Source of the DNA: an uncultured Chloroflexia bacterium | GTDB taxonomy: Bacteria > Chloroflexota > Limnocylindria > Limnocylindrales > CSP1-4 | DNA length: 62,694 bases | Assembly: GCA_963752475.1 (NCBI GenBank) | Contig: CAVVYR010000036.1 | Location: 1 to 62,694 of the forward strand | Reading direction: 5' to 3' | Shown: piece by piece, positions 47,360-56,655 of the stretch | How positions within the stretch are numbered: position 1 is the stretch's first letter | Layout: every line of letters begins with the position of its first letter | Position numbers and translations under genes: made by a program | The notes under the pieces: generated by a model | Told to the model about the DNA's origin: nothing | Seen by the model: the letters and a program-made list of their open reading frames with translations, nothing else | Database searches by the model: none

Positions 47360-47464
47360 GGTCGTCCCCCTGGGTGGTCCAGCTCATGCGTCTGAGCTAC
47401 AAGGCATGGCGACGGTCAACCGTGAATCGTTCCCTCTGGCGGAGGACTTGTCCGAGCGGCTATC

Positions 47465-47505
47465 ATGAACGTTGTAATGACCAGTGGTAATGACCGCTGG
47501 TAATG
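47465..47505 (+). promoter_or_regulatory. Candidate TetR operator array (GTAATG at 13-bp period; near-palindrome ATGACCAGTGGTAAT)
   Basis: GTAATG at 47474, 47487 and 47500, directly upstream of the TetR gene. Confidence 0.55.
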
Positions 47506-47516
47506 CGGGGGAGCGG

Positions 47517-48173
47517 ATGGGCGGCATGGAGGAGCGGTTCGTCGAGGCGACGCTGGAGGCGATCGCGGAGGAGGGCGGCTCGCTCGAGGTCAACCTGCGT
47601 GGGATCTCGCGGCGCGTCGGCTGCGCTCACACCAACGCCTACAACTACTTCGACGGCTATCCGGACCTGCTGTGGGCCGCGTTTCGGCGGGCGCTGCGCA
47701 TCTACGGCGAGCACCTCACGCGTGGCCTGGACGCGGGCATGCCGCCGCACGCCTACCTCGAGACTGTGGTCGGGAGCCTGGCTTCCTTCCCGCAGCAGAA
47801 CCCCGGGCTCTATCGCTTCATCGGCTCCGATCCCATCGATCCGAGCGCCATCCCGGCCGACATCATGGACACGGTCGTGGCCATGAAACAGTGGTTCTCG
47901 TCGGTCGTGGCGGCCGCTGCCGACCCAGCCGTGGAACTGGTCGAAGCACGGACGGCGGCGGACATCATCCTCGCCTACGTCGACGGCGAGACATTGAACC
48001 TCATCAACGGCCGTGCCGTTCCCGACGAAGACCTGGGGGGCAGGATCGTGGCCAATGCCCTGCGGCTGTTCGAGCTCCTTGCCGGACGGCCCGCCGGGGA
48101 ACACGGGAAGGCCGGCCAGCCTGCCGCGGAACCACCGGATCCCGCACTCATCTTCGGAGCTGGAGGGGACTGA
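47517..48173 (+). CDS. TetR/AcrR family regulator
   Basis: AIAEEGG...NLRGISRRVGCAHTNAYNYF HTH; NPGLYRF. Confidence 0.85.
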   Translation: MGGMEERFVEATLEAIAEEGGSLEVNLRGISRRVGCAHTNAYNYFDGYPDLLWAAFRRALRIYGEHLTRGLDAGMPPHAYLETVVGSLASFPQQNPGLYRFIGSDPIDPSAIPADIMDTVVAMKQWFSSVVAAAADPAVELVEARTAADIILAYVDGETLNLINGRAVPDEDLGGRIVANALRLFELLAGRPAGEHGKAGQPAAEPPDPALIFGAGGD

Positions 48174-48174
48174 C

Positions 48175-48603
48175 GTGGACTTGATCTGGGGAGTCGCCAT
48201 CATCGCCCTGGGGCTACTGGCATGGGTCGGCCAGGCGATCTCGTGGCTGGCACCGGCCGCGGCCGCCCGACTGAGCCTCGCCGACGCTGAGGGCAGTGTC
48301 GACGACGCCTTCTGGGCAGACGGCCGAGGCGAGGCGCTGTGGGACGCCTTCACCCTCTGGACGCTCCCGCTTGCGGGCCTGCTGCTCCTCGCCAACCACG
48401 AGGCCTGGACTTGGCTCGGACTCGTCGGCGGCGGCATGTATGCCTACTTCAGTGGCCGGGGCATCCTCACGCGGCTGGAGCTGCGCCGCCGTGGGCATCG
48501 CATCGGGGATCCGTCGAGCGTGCGCGTGGGGCTGTCCGCGTTGTTCATCTGGGGTCTCGCCGGCGTCGTCACCATCGCCGCCGCGATCGTCGAGCTGGCC
48601 TGA
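48175..48603 (+). CDS. Four-TM hypothetical membrane protein
   Basis: GTG after GGAGGGG; about four hydrophobic segments. Confidence 0.72.
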   Translation: MDLIWGVAIIALGLLAWVGQAISWLAPAAAARLSLADAEGSVDDAFWADGRGEALWDAFTLWTLPLAGLLLLANHEAWTWLGLVGGGMYAYFSGRGILTRLELRRRGHRIGDPSSVRVGLSALFIWGLAGVVTIAAAIVELA

Positions 48604-48624
48604 CCGGGCCGAGGGGGGAACGAC

Positions 48625-49068
48625 ATGGAAGTCACGCTGTGGACAGGGGTCGTTGCGATCACCGGTCTGGTCCTTATCGGCCTGCTCGGTGCGCTGCAAC
48701 TCATGGCCGTTGTCCGGCCACGAGCTCGTTGGACCGTGGAGAACGTCTACGGCGGTGGACCCGAGTCGACCGACCCGACCGCCTACTTCGCCTTCAACCA
48801 GGGCTTCGCCTGGGCTGACGTCCTGCTGTGGGTGCCGCTCCAGATCATCGGCTCCATGGGCATGCTGTTGGGCCAGGAGTGGGGGTTCCTGCTCGCGCTC
48901 GCGGCCTCGGTCCCGTATCTGTACACGGCCATCCCCATGTTCATCTGGGACCGCGACCTCGGCTTCCGCGGTCGTGGCTTCACCTACTGGGTCGTGATCT
49001 GGGGCATGTGGCCGGCCTTCGGCGCCCTGCAGGGTGCGTACGTGCTGGTCCGACTGCTGAGTGAGTAG
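48625..49068 (+). CDS. Four-TM hypothetical membrane protein, possibly a distant paralog of the preceding gene
   Basis: SD present; similar size, topology and G.A..D...W pattern. Confidence 0.72.
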   Translation: MEVTLWTGVVAITGLVLIGLLGALQLMAVVRPRARWTVENVYGGGPESTDPTAYFAFNQGFAWADVLLWVPLQIIGSMGMLLGQEWGFLLALAASVPYLYTAIPMFIWDRDLGFRGRGFTYWVVIWGMWPAFGALQGAYVLVRLLSE

Positions 49069-49262
49069 GCGTGGCTCGCCTTGCGCCGTCCGGTCTGATG
49101 GACTGGCCGCCGGCTCCGAGAACCGCACAGTGGACAAATTCGGGAAGGGTGGTACTCTTCGAGGTCGCTGCATGTCGCAGCTCGCACGCGTGGTCACACC
49201 TTCGTATCTCGAACAGACCTTGCGCTCAATGTCTTGTGTTCGGGATCCCAAGGAGGGCCAAC

Positions 49263-49466
49263 ATGGCCACCGGTACCATCAAGAAGCTCGTCTCTGATCG
49301 CGGCTTCGGCTTCCTCGCTGCTGATGACGGCAAGGAATACTTCTTCCATCGCAACGAGCTCGAGAACTCGTCCGACTTCGACCGCCTCGTCGGCGGCGAG
49401 AAGGTGGAGTTCGAGGTCGGGCAGAGCCAGAAGGGCCCGCAGGCCCAGCGCGTTCGCCTGCTCTAG
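49263..49466 (+). CDS. Cold-shock domain protein
   Basis: GTIKK...RGFGF...EYFFH...VEFEV...KGPQA..V; AAGGAGG SD. Confidence 0.93.
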   Translation: MATGTIKKLVSDRGFGFLAADDGKEYFFHRNELENSSDFDRLVGGEKVEFEVGQSQKGPQAQRVRLL

Positions 49467-49500
49467 CTCCAGCGGCGCGATCGACGCGTCACCAGATGCT

Positions 49501-49533
49501 CAAGAGGCCGGCCCATCACGGGCCGGCCTCTTG
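49501..49533. terminator. Terminator-like hairpin between convergent genes
   Basis: CAAGAGGCCGGCCC-atcac-GGGCCGGCCTCTTG, a 14-bp perfect stem. Confidence 0.7.
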
Positions 49534-50364
49534 CTATCCGAAGATCCAGACGCCGACCGTGGTGAGCCCGACGACCGCGAAGCCCAGCGCCATCTGACGC
49601 ACACCCAGTACCTTCGCCGGTCGCGGCGGCCGAGCGAGCGTGATGCGTTGGATCAGTACCAGGCCGATGATGGTGGCGCCACCCAGCGCAAGCGAGGGGT
49701 CCAGCAGCGCCGCTACGGCCGCCGTCCCGACCGCGGCGAGGTCGCCCACGACCCCGGGTCCCGGCGGGACATCGCGCCCGTGGATGCGCGATATCTGCGC
49801 CCGCACGTGGGGGATGGACGAAAACACACGTGCGCTCAGGATGAGCCAGGCACCGAGCGCCAGGACCCCCGACCCGCCGCCGGCGAGCGTGCCCATGGCC
49901 GCCACCGCCGCCACCGCGACCGAGCCCACGATCTCGGGGATGATGTGCCGGCTCGCGGAGCGCAGGTCGAAGAGGAAGGCGATCGCGAACATCGGCAGCG
50001 CGACCGCGAGCGGCCAGATCCAGTTCGGATCGAGCGCCAGGATCGCTGTCCCCGCGAGGGCGAGACCGATCCCCAGAAGCTCGACGGTCGCAACCTGCGA
50101 GGCCAGCTGCATGCGCGCTTGCCCAGCCTCCGACGTCGTCCGCCCGCTCGCACGCAGTTGCCGCAGCACCAGCCGCGCCGGGGTGCGCAGCAGGAACGCC
50201 AACAGTGCTGCCACGGCCAGCAACAGGCCGGCCAGGCTCGGGGCCAGCAGTACACCCAGGATCCCGGGTTCCAGCGTTAGGCCCCACCCGCCGTGCTCGG
50301 CAGGCATGGCGACCGAACGAAGCGAAGGCCCCTGCCGTCGCGCGGTCACCGCGTCAGGCGTCAA
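49534..50364 (-). CDS. YwiC-like membrane protein
   Basis: PAEHGGWG..LEP motif; multiple TMs; C-terminal AKVLGVRQ. Confidence 0.75.
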   Translation of the reverse strand: MTPDAVTARRQGPSLRSVAMPAEHGGWGLTLEPGILGVLLAPSLAGLLLAVAALLAFLLRTPARLVLRQLRASGRTTSEAGQARMQLASQVATVELLGIGLALAGTAILALDPNWIWPLAVALPMFAIAFLFDLRSASRHIIPEIVGSVAVAAVAAMGTLAGGGSGVLALGAWLILSARVFSSIPHVRAQISRIHGRDVPPGPGVVGDLAAVGTAAVAALLDPSLALGGATIIGLVLIQRITLARPPRPAKVLGVRQMALGFAVVGLTTVGVWIFG

Positions 50365-50771
50365 TCAGCGAGCGCTTGGGCCACGCTTGCCAGTCGCTCG
50401 TGGGCATCATCGGCCACGGCACGGAGCTCCGCGACGTCGATGTCCCCGAGCATGCCCAGGGGATCTACGACGGAGACGGTCGTGCCCTGGCCGCTCTCGT
50501 CCTCGTAGACGATGACGTTGCAGGGCAGCAGGAGACCGACCTGTGGCTCGGCGCCGAGTGCTTTGAGCGCGAACTCGGGATTGCAGGCGCCCAGGATGGC
50601 GTACTTGCGGAAATCCACGTCCAGCTTCTTGCGCAGCGTCGCGCGCATGTCGATCTCCGTGATCACACCGAAGCCCTGCTCCTTGAGGGCCGCCTCGGTG
50701 CGCTCGCGCGCCGCTTCATAGGGCTGGTCGAGATGGACGGTGAAAGCGTACTCGGACAGTGTTTCGTTCAT
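50361..50771 (-). CDS. DUF302 domain protein
   Basis: ALKEQGFGVITEID, YAILGACNP, GLLLPCNVIV. Confidence 0.88.
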   Translation of the reverse strand: MNETLSEYAFTVHLDQPYEAARERTEAALKEQGFGVITEIDMRATLRKKLDVDFRKYAILGACNPEFALKALGAEPQVGLLLPCNVIVYEDESGQGTTVSVVDPLGMLGDIDVAELRAVADDAHERLASVAQALAD

Positions 50772-50929
50772 CGGATCCCCCGCTCGCGCGGGGCGTCTCG
50801 CGGCCCCGCCTCTGGGTCGAGCATAGCCATACGCGAGTCGAGCGGTCGACTCGCCGGCTGTCCGGCGCACGGCGTGATAGCCACGGTGCGGGCGGCGCGG
50901 GCCGATCTGCCCATCCAACTCGAACTCGT

Positions 50930-50952
50930 CTGAGACTGAGTATCGGTATGAT
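50930..50952 (+). promoter_or_regulatory. Fur-family-like box CTGAGACTGAGTATCGG followed by -10 TATGAT
   Basis: Imperfect inverted repeat around a single central base, next to a -10 hexamer 8 nt before the Fur-fusion ATG. Confidence 0.45.
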
Positions 50953-50960
50953 GGCTCGAG

Positions 50961-51992
50961 ATGATGACGACCGAACCCCTTGTCCAGGCCCTCGGTGACG
51001 CCGGCTACCGGCTGACCGAACCGCGAAGGCTCGTGGCCGAACTCGTGAGCGAGCGAAAGGGCCACTTCACCGCCAATGACCTCGTCACGGAGGCCCAGGA
51101 GCAGGACCTGGGCATCGGCCGAGCCACCATCTTCCGAGCGCTCGACCTCTTCACCGAGCTGCAGCTGCTCGAGCGCATCGACCTGCCCAACGGCGACCAC
51201 GCCTACGTGCCCTGCCTGCCTGGCTACCACCATCACCACGTCATCTGCCAGCGCTGCGCCAAGGTGACCGAGGTCGAGGACCTGGGGCTCGGTGGCGCCA
51301 TCACGGACATGGAGCGCAAGACCGGCTGGACCGTGCAGAAGCACCGCCTCGAGCTCTACGGGCTCTGTCCCGAGTGCCAGACGACGGCCTCGGTCGAGAA
51401 GTGGGATGAGCGCTACGGCGGCCGCGAGTACATCTGGGAAGTGGAGCCCAACCGGTTCGTGGAGCGCCACGTGCGCGACCTCGAGCCCGGGAAGGCCATC
51501 GACCTGGCCGCCGGCGAGGGCCGCAACGCGATCTGGCTCGCGCGGCAGGGGTGGTCCGTCACCGCCGTCGACTTCTCCCAGGCCGGCCTCGACAAGGCTG
51601 CGCGCCTGGCCCAGGACAACGGCGTCGGCGATCGCGTGGTCACGGTCAACGCCGATGTAGTCGCGTGGTCCCCGGCCGAGCTGGTCGACCTGGTCGTCAT
51701 CGCCTACCTGCAGCTCCCACCCGACCAGGTGCGAACCGCCCTCGAGCACGCCGCCGCGTGGCTTCGGCCCGGCGGGCGCGTCCTCGTCGTCGCGCACGAT
51801 CGGACCAACATCGAGCACGGCTATGGCGGGCCATCCACGCCCGACCACTGCTACACCGTGGACGAGACGGTGGCGGCGCTCTCCGATCTGGTGGTCGAGG
51901 TCGCGGAGGTGGCCGAGCGGCACGTCGAGACCGACGACGGCCCGCGCACGGCGCTCGATACACTCGTCATCGCGAGGCGACCGGCCGCCTGA
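50961..51992 (+). CDS. Fur-family metalloregulator fused to a class I SAM-dependent methyltransferase
   Basis: GYRLTEPR, GRATIFRAL, HHHVICQRC, HRLELYGLCPEC, continuing in frame into WDERY...EPN...IDLAAGEGRNAIWLA...VDFS...LRPGG. Confidence 0.85.
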   Translation: MMTTEPLVQALGDAGYRLTEPRRLVAELVSERKGHFTANDLVTEAQEQDLGIGRATIFRALDLFTELQLLERIDLPNGDHAYVPCLPGYHHHHVICQRCAKVTEVEDLGLGGAITDMERKTGWTVQKHRLELYGLCPECQTTASVEKWDERYGGREYIWEVEPNRFVERHVRDLEPGKAIDLAAGEGRNAIWLARQGWSVTAVDFSQAGLDKAARLAQDNGVGDRVVTVNADVVAWSPAELVDLVVIAYLQLPPDQVRTALEHAAAWLRPGGRVLVVAHDRTNIEHGYGGPSTPDHCYTVDETVAALSDLVVEVAEVAERHVETDDGPRTALDTLVIARRPAA

Positions 51993-52116
51993 CGTATCGG
52001 CCGGCTGCCTCACACGCACGTGGTGGCCGCGGGAGCCGAGACTAGACTGTCCCTACGACACACCACCGATCAGGCTTCGGGTGCCAGCCGGACCGCGGTG
52101 GGCGGAGGTGAGCGGC

Positions 52117-53097
52117 ATGCGTGCGTTGTTCCAGGAGGTCTACGGGGAGCCAGAGGATGTGCTCTCGTTGCGTGAGGTAGATCAGCCGGAGCTGCCCGAC
52201 GACGGGGTGCTCGTGCGCGTGGCGGCGGCGTCCATCCACATCGGCGACTGCTACGTGATCCGCGGCGTGCCCAAGATGATGCGTCCGGTCTTCGGGCTGC
52301 GTCGGCCCAAGAGCGATATCCCGGGTACCGACATCGCGGGCACGGTAGAGGCCGTCGGCAGCTCGGTCAGCCAGTGGCAGCCGGGCGACGAGGTCTTCGG
52401 CTCCTGCGCTGGCGCTTTCGCCGAGTACGCGGTGGCCAAGCCGGACAAGCTCGTGCGCACGCCCGAGAACCTCGACCTGGCCCAGACATCTGCCCTCGGG
52501 GTATCGGCCATGACTGCCCTGCAGGCCCTTCGCGACCAGCTCGGGGTCGAGGCCGGTCAGAAGGTGCTCATCACTGGCGCGTCGGGCGGAGTGGGCAGCT
52601 TTGCGGTCCAGATCGCCAAGGCCCTTGGCGCCGAGGTGACAGCGGTCTGCAGCACCCGCAACATCGAGCGTGTCACGTCGGTCGGCGCTGACCACGTCAT
52701 CGACTACACCGCCGAGGACTTCACCCAGGGTGCAGAGCGTTATGACCGCATCCTCGACAATGTGGCCGCGCATCCGATGGGCGCGACACGAGGCGTGCTC
52801 ACGCCCGATGGCCGACTGCTGTCGAATGGTGCACCTGTCGGTGGCTGGTTCGGCGGACTCAGCAACGTCATCAAGGCCTCGTTGGTCTCGATGGTGAACA
52901 AGCAACAGTCGCGGCCGTTCGTGTCGATGTACAAGCAGGCCGACGGCGAGGCGCTCAGGGTCCTGGTGGATGAGGGCAAGATCAGGCCACTCATGGACCA
53001 GACCTTCCCGCTCGATGAAGGCGTCGCGGCCGTGGCCCACGTAGCCACCGGCCACGGTCAGGGCAAGACCGTCATCTCGATGGCGACGGAGGGCTGA
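52117..53097 (+). CDS. MDR-family NAD(P)-dependent alcohol dehydrogenase/quinone reductase-like protein
   Basis: PGTDIAG.VEAVG, GASGGVGSFAVQIAK, GADHVIDY; GGAGG SD. Confidence 0.9.
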   Translation: MRALFQEVYGEPEDVLSLREVDQPELPDDGVLVRVAAASIHIGDCYVIRGVPKMMRPVFGLRRPKSDIPGTDIAGTVEAVGSSVSQWQPGDEVFGSCAGAFAEYAVAKPDKLVRTPENLDLAQTSALGVSAMTALQALRDQLGVEAGQKVLITGASGGVGSFAVQIAKALGAEVTAVCSTRNIERVTSVGADHVIDYTAEDFTQGAERYDRILDNVAAHPMGATRGVLTPDGRLLSNGAPVGGWFGGLSNVIKASLVSMVNKQQSRPFVSMYKQADGEALRVLVDEGKIRPLMDQTFPLDEGVAAVAHVATGHGQGKTVISMATEG

Positions 53098-53159
53098 CCC
53101 ACTAGCTGGCTGCTCAGGCTCTCGGAGGTGGGCCTCCATCCTCGGCGCGCCCAGAGTGG

Positions 53160-54161
53160 TCAGCGCTGGGACGTGGGCTCCTGGCCGAGAGCGACGCGTG
53201 CCAACGTGGCTCGCCGCCTGACGAAAGCCTCCATGTCGTAGCCGATGTCCAGGCTCTCGTCGAGGAGCACCGCATTGAGGAGGTCGAGGCTGCGGGCGAA
53301 CATCAGCCGCTCCACCTCGCCGGGTTCGCGCTCCGGCCAGGGGCGGCTGCGTTCGTAGCCGGCCTTGAAGGCGCGGGCCAGCTCGGGGTAGTCGTCGTCG
53401 CCGAAGACGTAGTAGAGCGACGTCGCGACGTCGAGGATGGGCGCCCCGGTCAGCAGGTCCTCGAAGTCGAAGGGGGAGAGGACGCGGCCCCTGATCTTCA
53501 CGTTCCACTGGTGCAGGTCACCGTGGAGCACGATCGGCGGCACCTCCCGGGCGAGGGCGGCAATGCGTTCGTTCGTGGCCGCGGTGGCCTCGCGTAGCAC
53601 CGCCTCCAATCCATGGAGCTCCGCGCGGCCCGGGTCGAAGACGACGAGACGCTCGCCGTACGGGATGCAGGAGTCGTATTCGGTGACGTGGAAGGCCGCC
53701 GATGGCGTCCACGTCTCGGCAAAGGCGTGCATCGTGCCCATCAGCTCGCCGAGCCGGCCCCAGTTCTCGGGAGATCGGCGCTCGGCCAGGTCCGGCCCGG
53801 CGATCCAACCGAACACGACGCACTCGCGCGGCTCGGGCACGCCATCGGCCGAGGCCACGGTAACCAGCCCACCATCGCGGTTCCGCAGCACGGGCGGCAC
53901 GGCCACGTCGGTGCCGGCGGCGAGGGCGCTCATGAACTCCACCTCCGACGCCACCAAGCGATCAGCAGCGCCCGGGACCGGGCGGCTCACGCGGATGACG
54001 TGCGGCCCCGTGGTCGTGTCGACACGGTAGACGCAGTTCCACCCGTTGCTGATGAGTCGCAGTCGCGTGACCTCAAGGTCGTACTCGGCCAAGGCCGCAC
54101 GAGCGAGGGGGCGGAGTCGGCGTGCCTGACCGACCTCGGTGAGCTTGCCGAACGGTTTCAC
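53160..54161 (-). CDS. APH/homoserine-kinase-II-like phosphotransferase
   Basis: NCVYRV, LHGDLHQWN, FDFED; GTGA overlap with the upstream gene. Confidence 0.85.
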   Translation of the reverse strand: MKPFGKLTEVGQARRLRPLARAALAEYDLEVTRLRLISNGWNCVYRVDTTTGPHVIRVSRPVPGAADRLVASEVEFMSALAAGTDVAVPPVLRNRDGGLVTVASADGVPEPRECVVFGWIAGPDLAERRSPENWGRLGELMGTMHAFAETWTPSAAFHVTEYDSCIPYGERLVVFDPGRAELHGLEAVLREATAATNERIAALAREVPPIVLHGDLHQWNVKIRGRVLSPFDFEDLLTGAPILDVATSLYYVFGDDDYPELARAFKAGYERSRPWPEREPGEVERLMFARSLDLLNAVLLDESLDIGYDMEAFVRRRATLARVALGQEPTSQR

Positions 54162-55120
54162 GAGGCCACGTCGATGACCACCTTGCCCATCGAGCGGCCG
54201 TCCTTGAGCACGCGTAGGGCCTCCGCCGTTCGCTGCAGCGTGAAGCGGTGTCCGATGACCGGCCGGACCTGTCCCGACTCGATGAGGGCGTTGGTCTCGT
54301 CCATGTCCTGCCTCGTGTGCGGCCAGCCGAAGAGCAGGCCCAGCTCTTGCTCGCTCGACCGCGATAGCCACATGCCCACGGTGAAACCGGAGAGGATGCG
54401 GAAGCTGGAGCCGCCGGCCATCTCGTACCGTCCCGTCGGCGTCAGCACCGGCTGCCACTCGCGGACTGACTTGCGCGCATACACGTCGAGGACGAGGTCG
54501 TACCGTTCGTCGCCGCGGGTCGGGTCCTGGACCATGAAGTCGATGTACTCGTCGGCGCCGAGCGAACGCACGAGCTCCCCCTTGGCGGCACTGTCGACCC
54601 CGGTGACGTGCGCGCCACGAGCCTTGGCCATCTGGACGGCGAAGGTACCCATCGCGCCCCCCGCGCCGTTGATGAGGACGCGTTGCCCGGCCTCGATCCG
54701 GCGTGCGGACTTGATCGACACCCAGGCGGCCGATGGGACAGCGGCGGCATCCACAAGCGGCAGTCCATCGGGCAGCTTGCAGATGGCCTCGACGGGGGCC
54801 GCCGCGTACTCCGCGAACGCCGAGTAGCCGTACTCGGAGAGGTCGCCCATGACCTCGTCGCCTACCTGCAGCTCGGTCACACCCGGACCCGTGCGCTCGA
54901 CCACGCCGGCGATGTCCGAGCCCGCGATCCTGCTCTTCGGCCGCAGCGGCGAGGTCATGCGCACGATCCCGAACCCATCGAGGACCTCGATGTCGGCGGC
55001 ATTGACCGACGAGCTGTGAACGCGGACAAGGACTTCGCCTTCCTTCGCGCTGGGCGTCGGGACATCGGCCAGCTCGACGGACTCCGGCCCGCCGTACCTC
55101 GGCTGGATGATCGCGCGCAT
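54158..55120 (-). CDS. MDR-family NAD(P)-dependent alcohol dehydrogenase-like protein
   Basis: GSDIAGVVE, NGAGGAMGTFAVQMAK, GKVVI. Confidence 0.9.
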   Translation of the reverse strand: MRAIIQPRYGGPESVELADVPTPSAKEGEVLVRVHSSSVNAADIEVLDGFGIVRMTSPLRPKSRIAGSDIAGVVERTGPGVTELQVGDEVMGDLSEYGYSAFAEYAAAPVEAICKLPDGLPLVDAAAVPSAAWVSIKSARRIEAGQRVLINGAGGAMGTFAVQMAKARGAHVTGVDSAAKGELVRSLGADEYIDFMVQDPTRGDERYDLVLDVYARKSVREWQPVLTPTGRYEMAGGSSFRILSGFTVGMWLSRSSEQELGLLFGWPHTRQDMDETNALIESGQVRPVIGHRFTLQRTAEALRVLKDGRSMGKVVIDVAS

Positions 55121-55123
55121 CGG

Positions 55124-55897
55124 CTAGGCCTCTGGGGGCAGCTGGAGCTGATGGGCGTCGGTGAAGAGCATGCGTCGCAATCCTAGGGCGATGACGCTGG
55201 TGGTGACCGCGACCGAGCCCAGCACCAGGTACATGATCACGACCTGAGCCTGCACGGCATCGAGTGGATCGACGCCGGCCAGCAGGAGACCCGTCATCAG
55301 CCCCGGCAGGAAGACGATGCCCACGGCCTTGGTCGTCTCGATCTGCGGGATGAGCGCGGTGCGCAGGGACTCACGCAGGTAGGGACGCGCCGCCACCGAC
55401 GAGGGCTGACCGAGCGCGAGCCGTGCTTCGATCTCAAGGCGCTTGTCCTTGAAATCGGTGGTGACGCGGCGAGCCACGAGCACCGTCGCGGTCATGGAGT
55501 TGCCGATCATCATCCCGGCCAGGGGCACGACCGTCGTGCCGTTGACCGGGAAGACGCCGAAGCCGAAGAGTACGCCCAGCGTGACCAGCGCCGAGGCGCC
55601 GAACGCGCCCATCGAAAGCAGCCACAGGCGGGGAACTTGCTTGACACGCCGCTGCACGGTCCAACCGGCGAAGACGATCATCACCACCACCCACAGCCAC
55701 GAAAGCACGATCGGCTGACCGGGGGCGATCATGGCCGCCAGCACGAGGCCCAGGAGCATGAGCTGGGCGGCGGCGCGGACCGCTGCGGTGGCGAGGTCGC
55801 GTTCGAGGCGCAGGCCGGCCCACCACGAGACGCCGATGGCCACGAGCACGAGGGTGCCGGAGGCGATGACGCCGACGATCTCGACCGGTCCGCTCAT
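55124..55897 (-). CDS. fetB: Iron export ABC permease, FetB/UPF0014-like
   Basis: RAAAQL, PLAGMMIGNSM, IEARLALG, GIVFLPGLMTG.LLAG.DP..A. Confidence 0.82.
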   Translation of the reverse strand: MSGPVEIVGVIASGTLVLVAIGVSWWAGLRLERDLATAAVRAAAQLMLLGLVLAAMIAPGQPIVLSWLWVVVMIVFAGWTVQRRVKQVPRLWLLSMGAFGASALVTLGVLFGFGVFPVNGTTVVPLAGMMIGNSMTATVLVARRVTTDFKDKRLEIEARLALGQPSSVAARPYLRESLRTALIPQIETTKAVGIVFLPGLMTGLLLAGVDPLDAVQAQVVIMYLVLGSVAVTTSVIALGLRRMLFTDAHQLQLPPEA

Positions 55898-56556
55898 GAC
55901 GGGACCACCCGACCGGCTTCGAGCGTCACGCGATGGTCGGCGATGCGCTCGACCTGGGCCAGGTCATGGGTGACCCAGAGGATGGGCACGCCGTCTTCGG
56001 CGAGCCCGCGAGCCAGCCGCTCGAGGGCCAGCGTCGAGTCGTTGTCGAGCGAAGCGGTGGGCTCGTCGGCGACGAGGACGCTGGGCTGCATCAGGAGGGC
56101 TCTGGCGAGGCATACACGCTGGGCCTCGCCGCCGGACAGCGTGTCGCCGGCACGATCGAGGAAGCTTTCGTCGAGCCCGACCGCGTCGAGCATCCGTGTG
56201 TGGGTGGCAGCGTCCTCGACCTGCGTGGCCGCGAGGTTGTCGCGCACCGTGCCCCCGAAGAGCGTCGGGCGCTGGAAGACCATGCCCACCGTCCGGCGCA
56301 GCTCCAGCACGTCGAGGCCGCGGATGTCGGTGCCGCGCAGGCTAACGGTGCCGGTCGTGGGGTCGAGCAGCCGGTTGGTCAGCCGAGTCAGCGTGGACTT
56401 GCCCGATCCCGAGGGACCCAGGACGACGGTGATCCCGCTGTCGGCCACCACGAGGTCGATGTGGGAAAGGACCTCGTTGGACCCCAGGCGAACGCCGACG
56501 CCATCGAAGCCGAAGACGGCGTCGGAGGAGGCGGCGGTCGTGGCCGAGATGCTCAC
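55894..56556 (-). CDS. fetA: ABC ATP-binding protein, FetA-like
   Basis: GPSGSGKST, LSGGEAQR, DEPTASLD, WVTHD; overlaps the fetB-like gene. Confidence 0.75.
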   Translation of the reverse strand: MSISATTAASSDAVFGFDGVGVRLGSNEVLSHIDLVVADSGITVVLGPSGSGKSTLTRLTNRLLDPTTGTVSLRGTDIRGLDVLELRRTVGMVFQRPTLFGGTVRDNLAATQVEDAATHTRMLDAVGLDESFLDRAGDTLSGGEAQRVCLARALLMQPSVLVADEPTASLDNDSTLALERLARGLAEDGVPILWVTHDLAQVERIADHRVTLEAGRVVPS

Positions 56557-56655
56557 GAGGCCATTCTGTCAGCCGGTCTCGGTGGCGGTCGGTTCTGGGC
56601 GACCGGTCCCGCCAGCGCTTCGTCGGCTCGCGACGCTGGTGTCCTGGTCGGACGC

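Noticed and set aside
50361-52019. 552-aa minus-strand ORF
   Set aside because: Only the last 136 aa (DUF302) look real; the rest is antisense to the Fur-methyltransferase gene.
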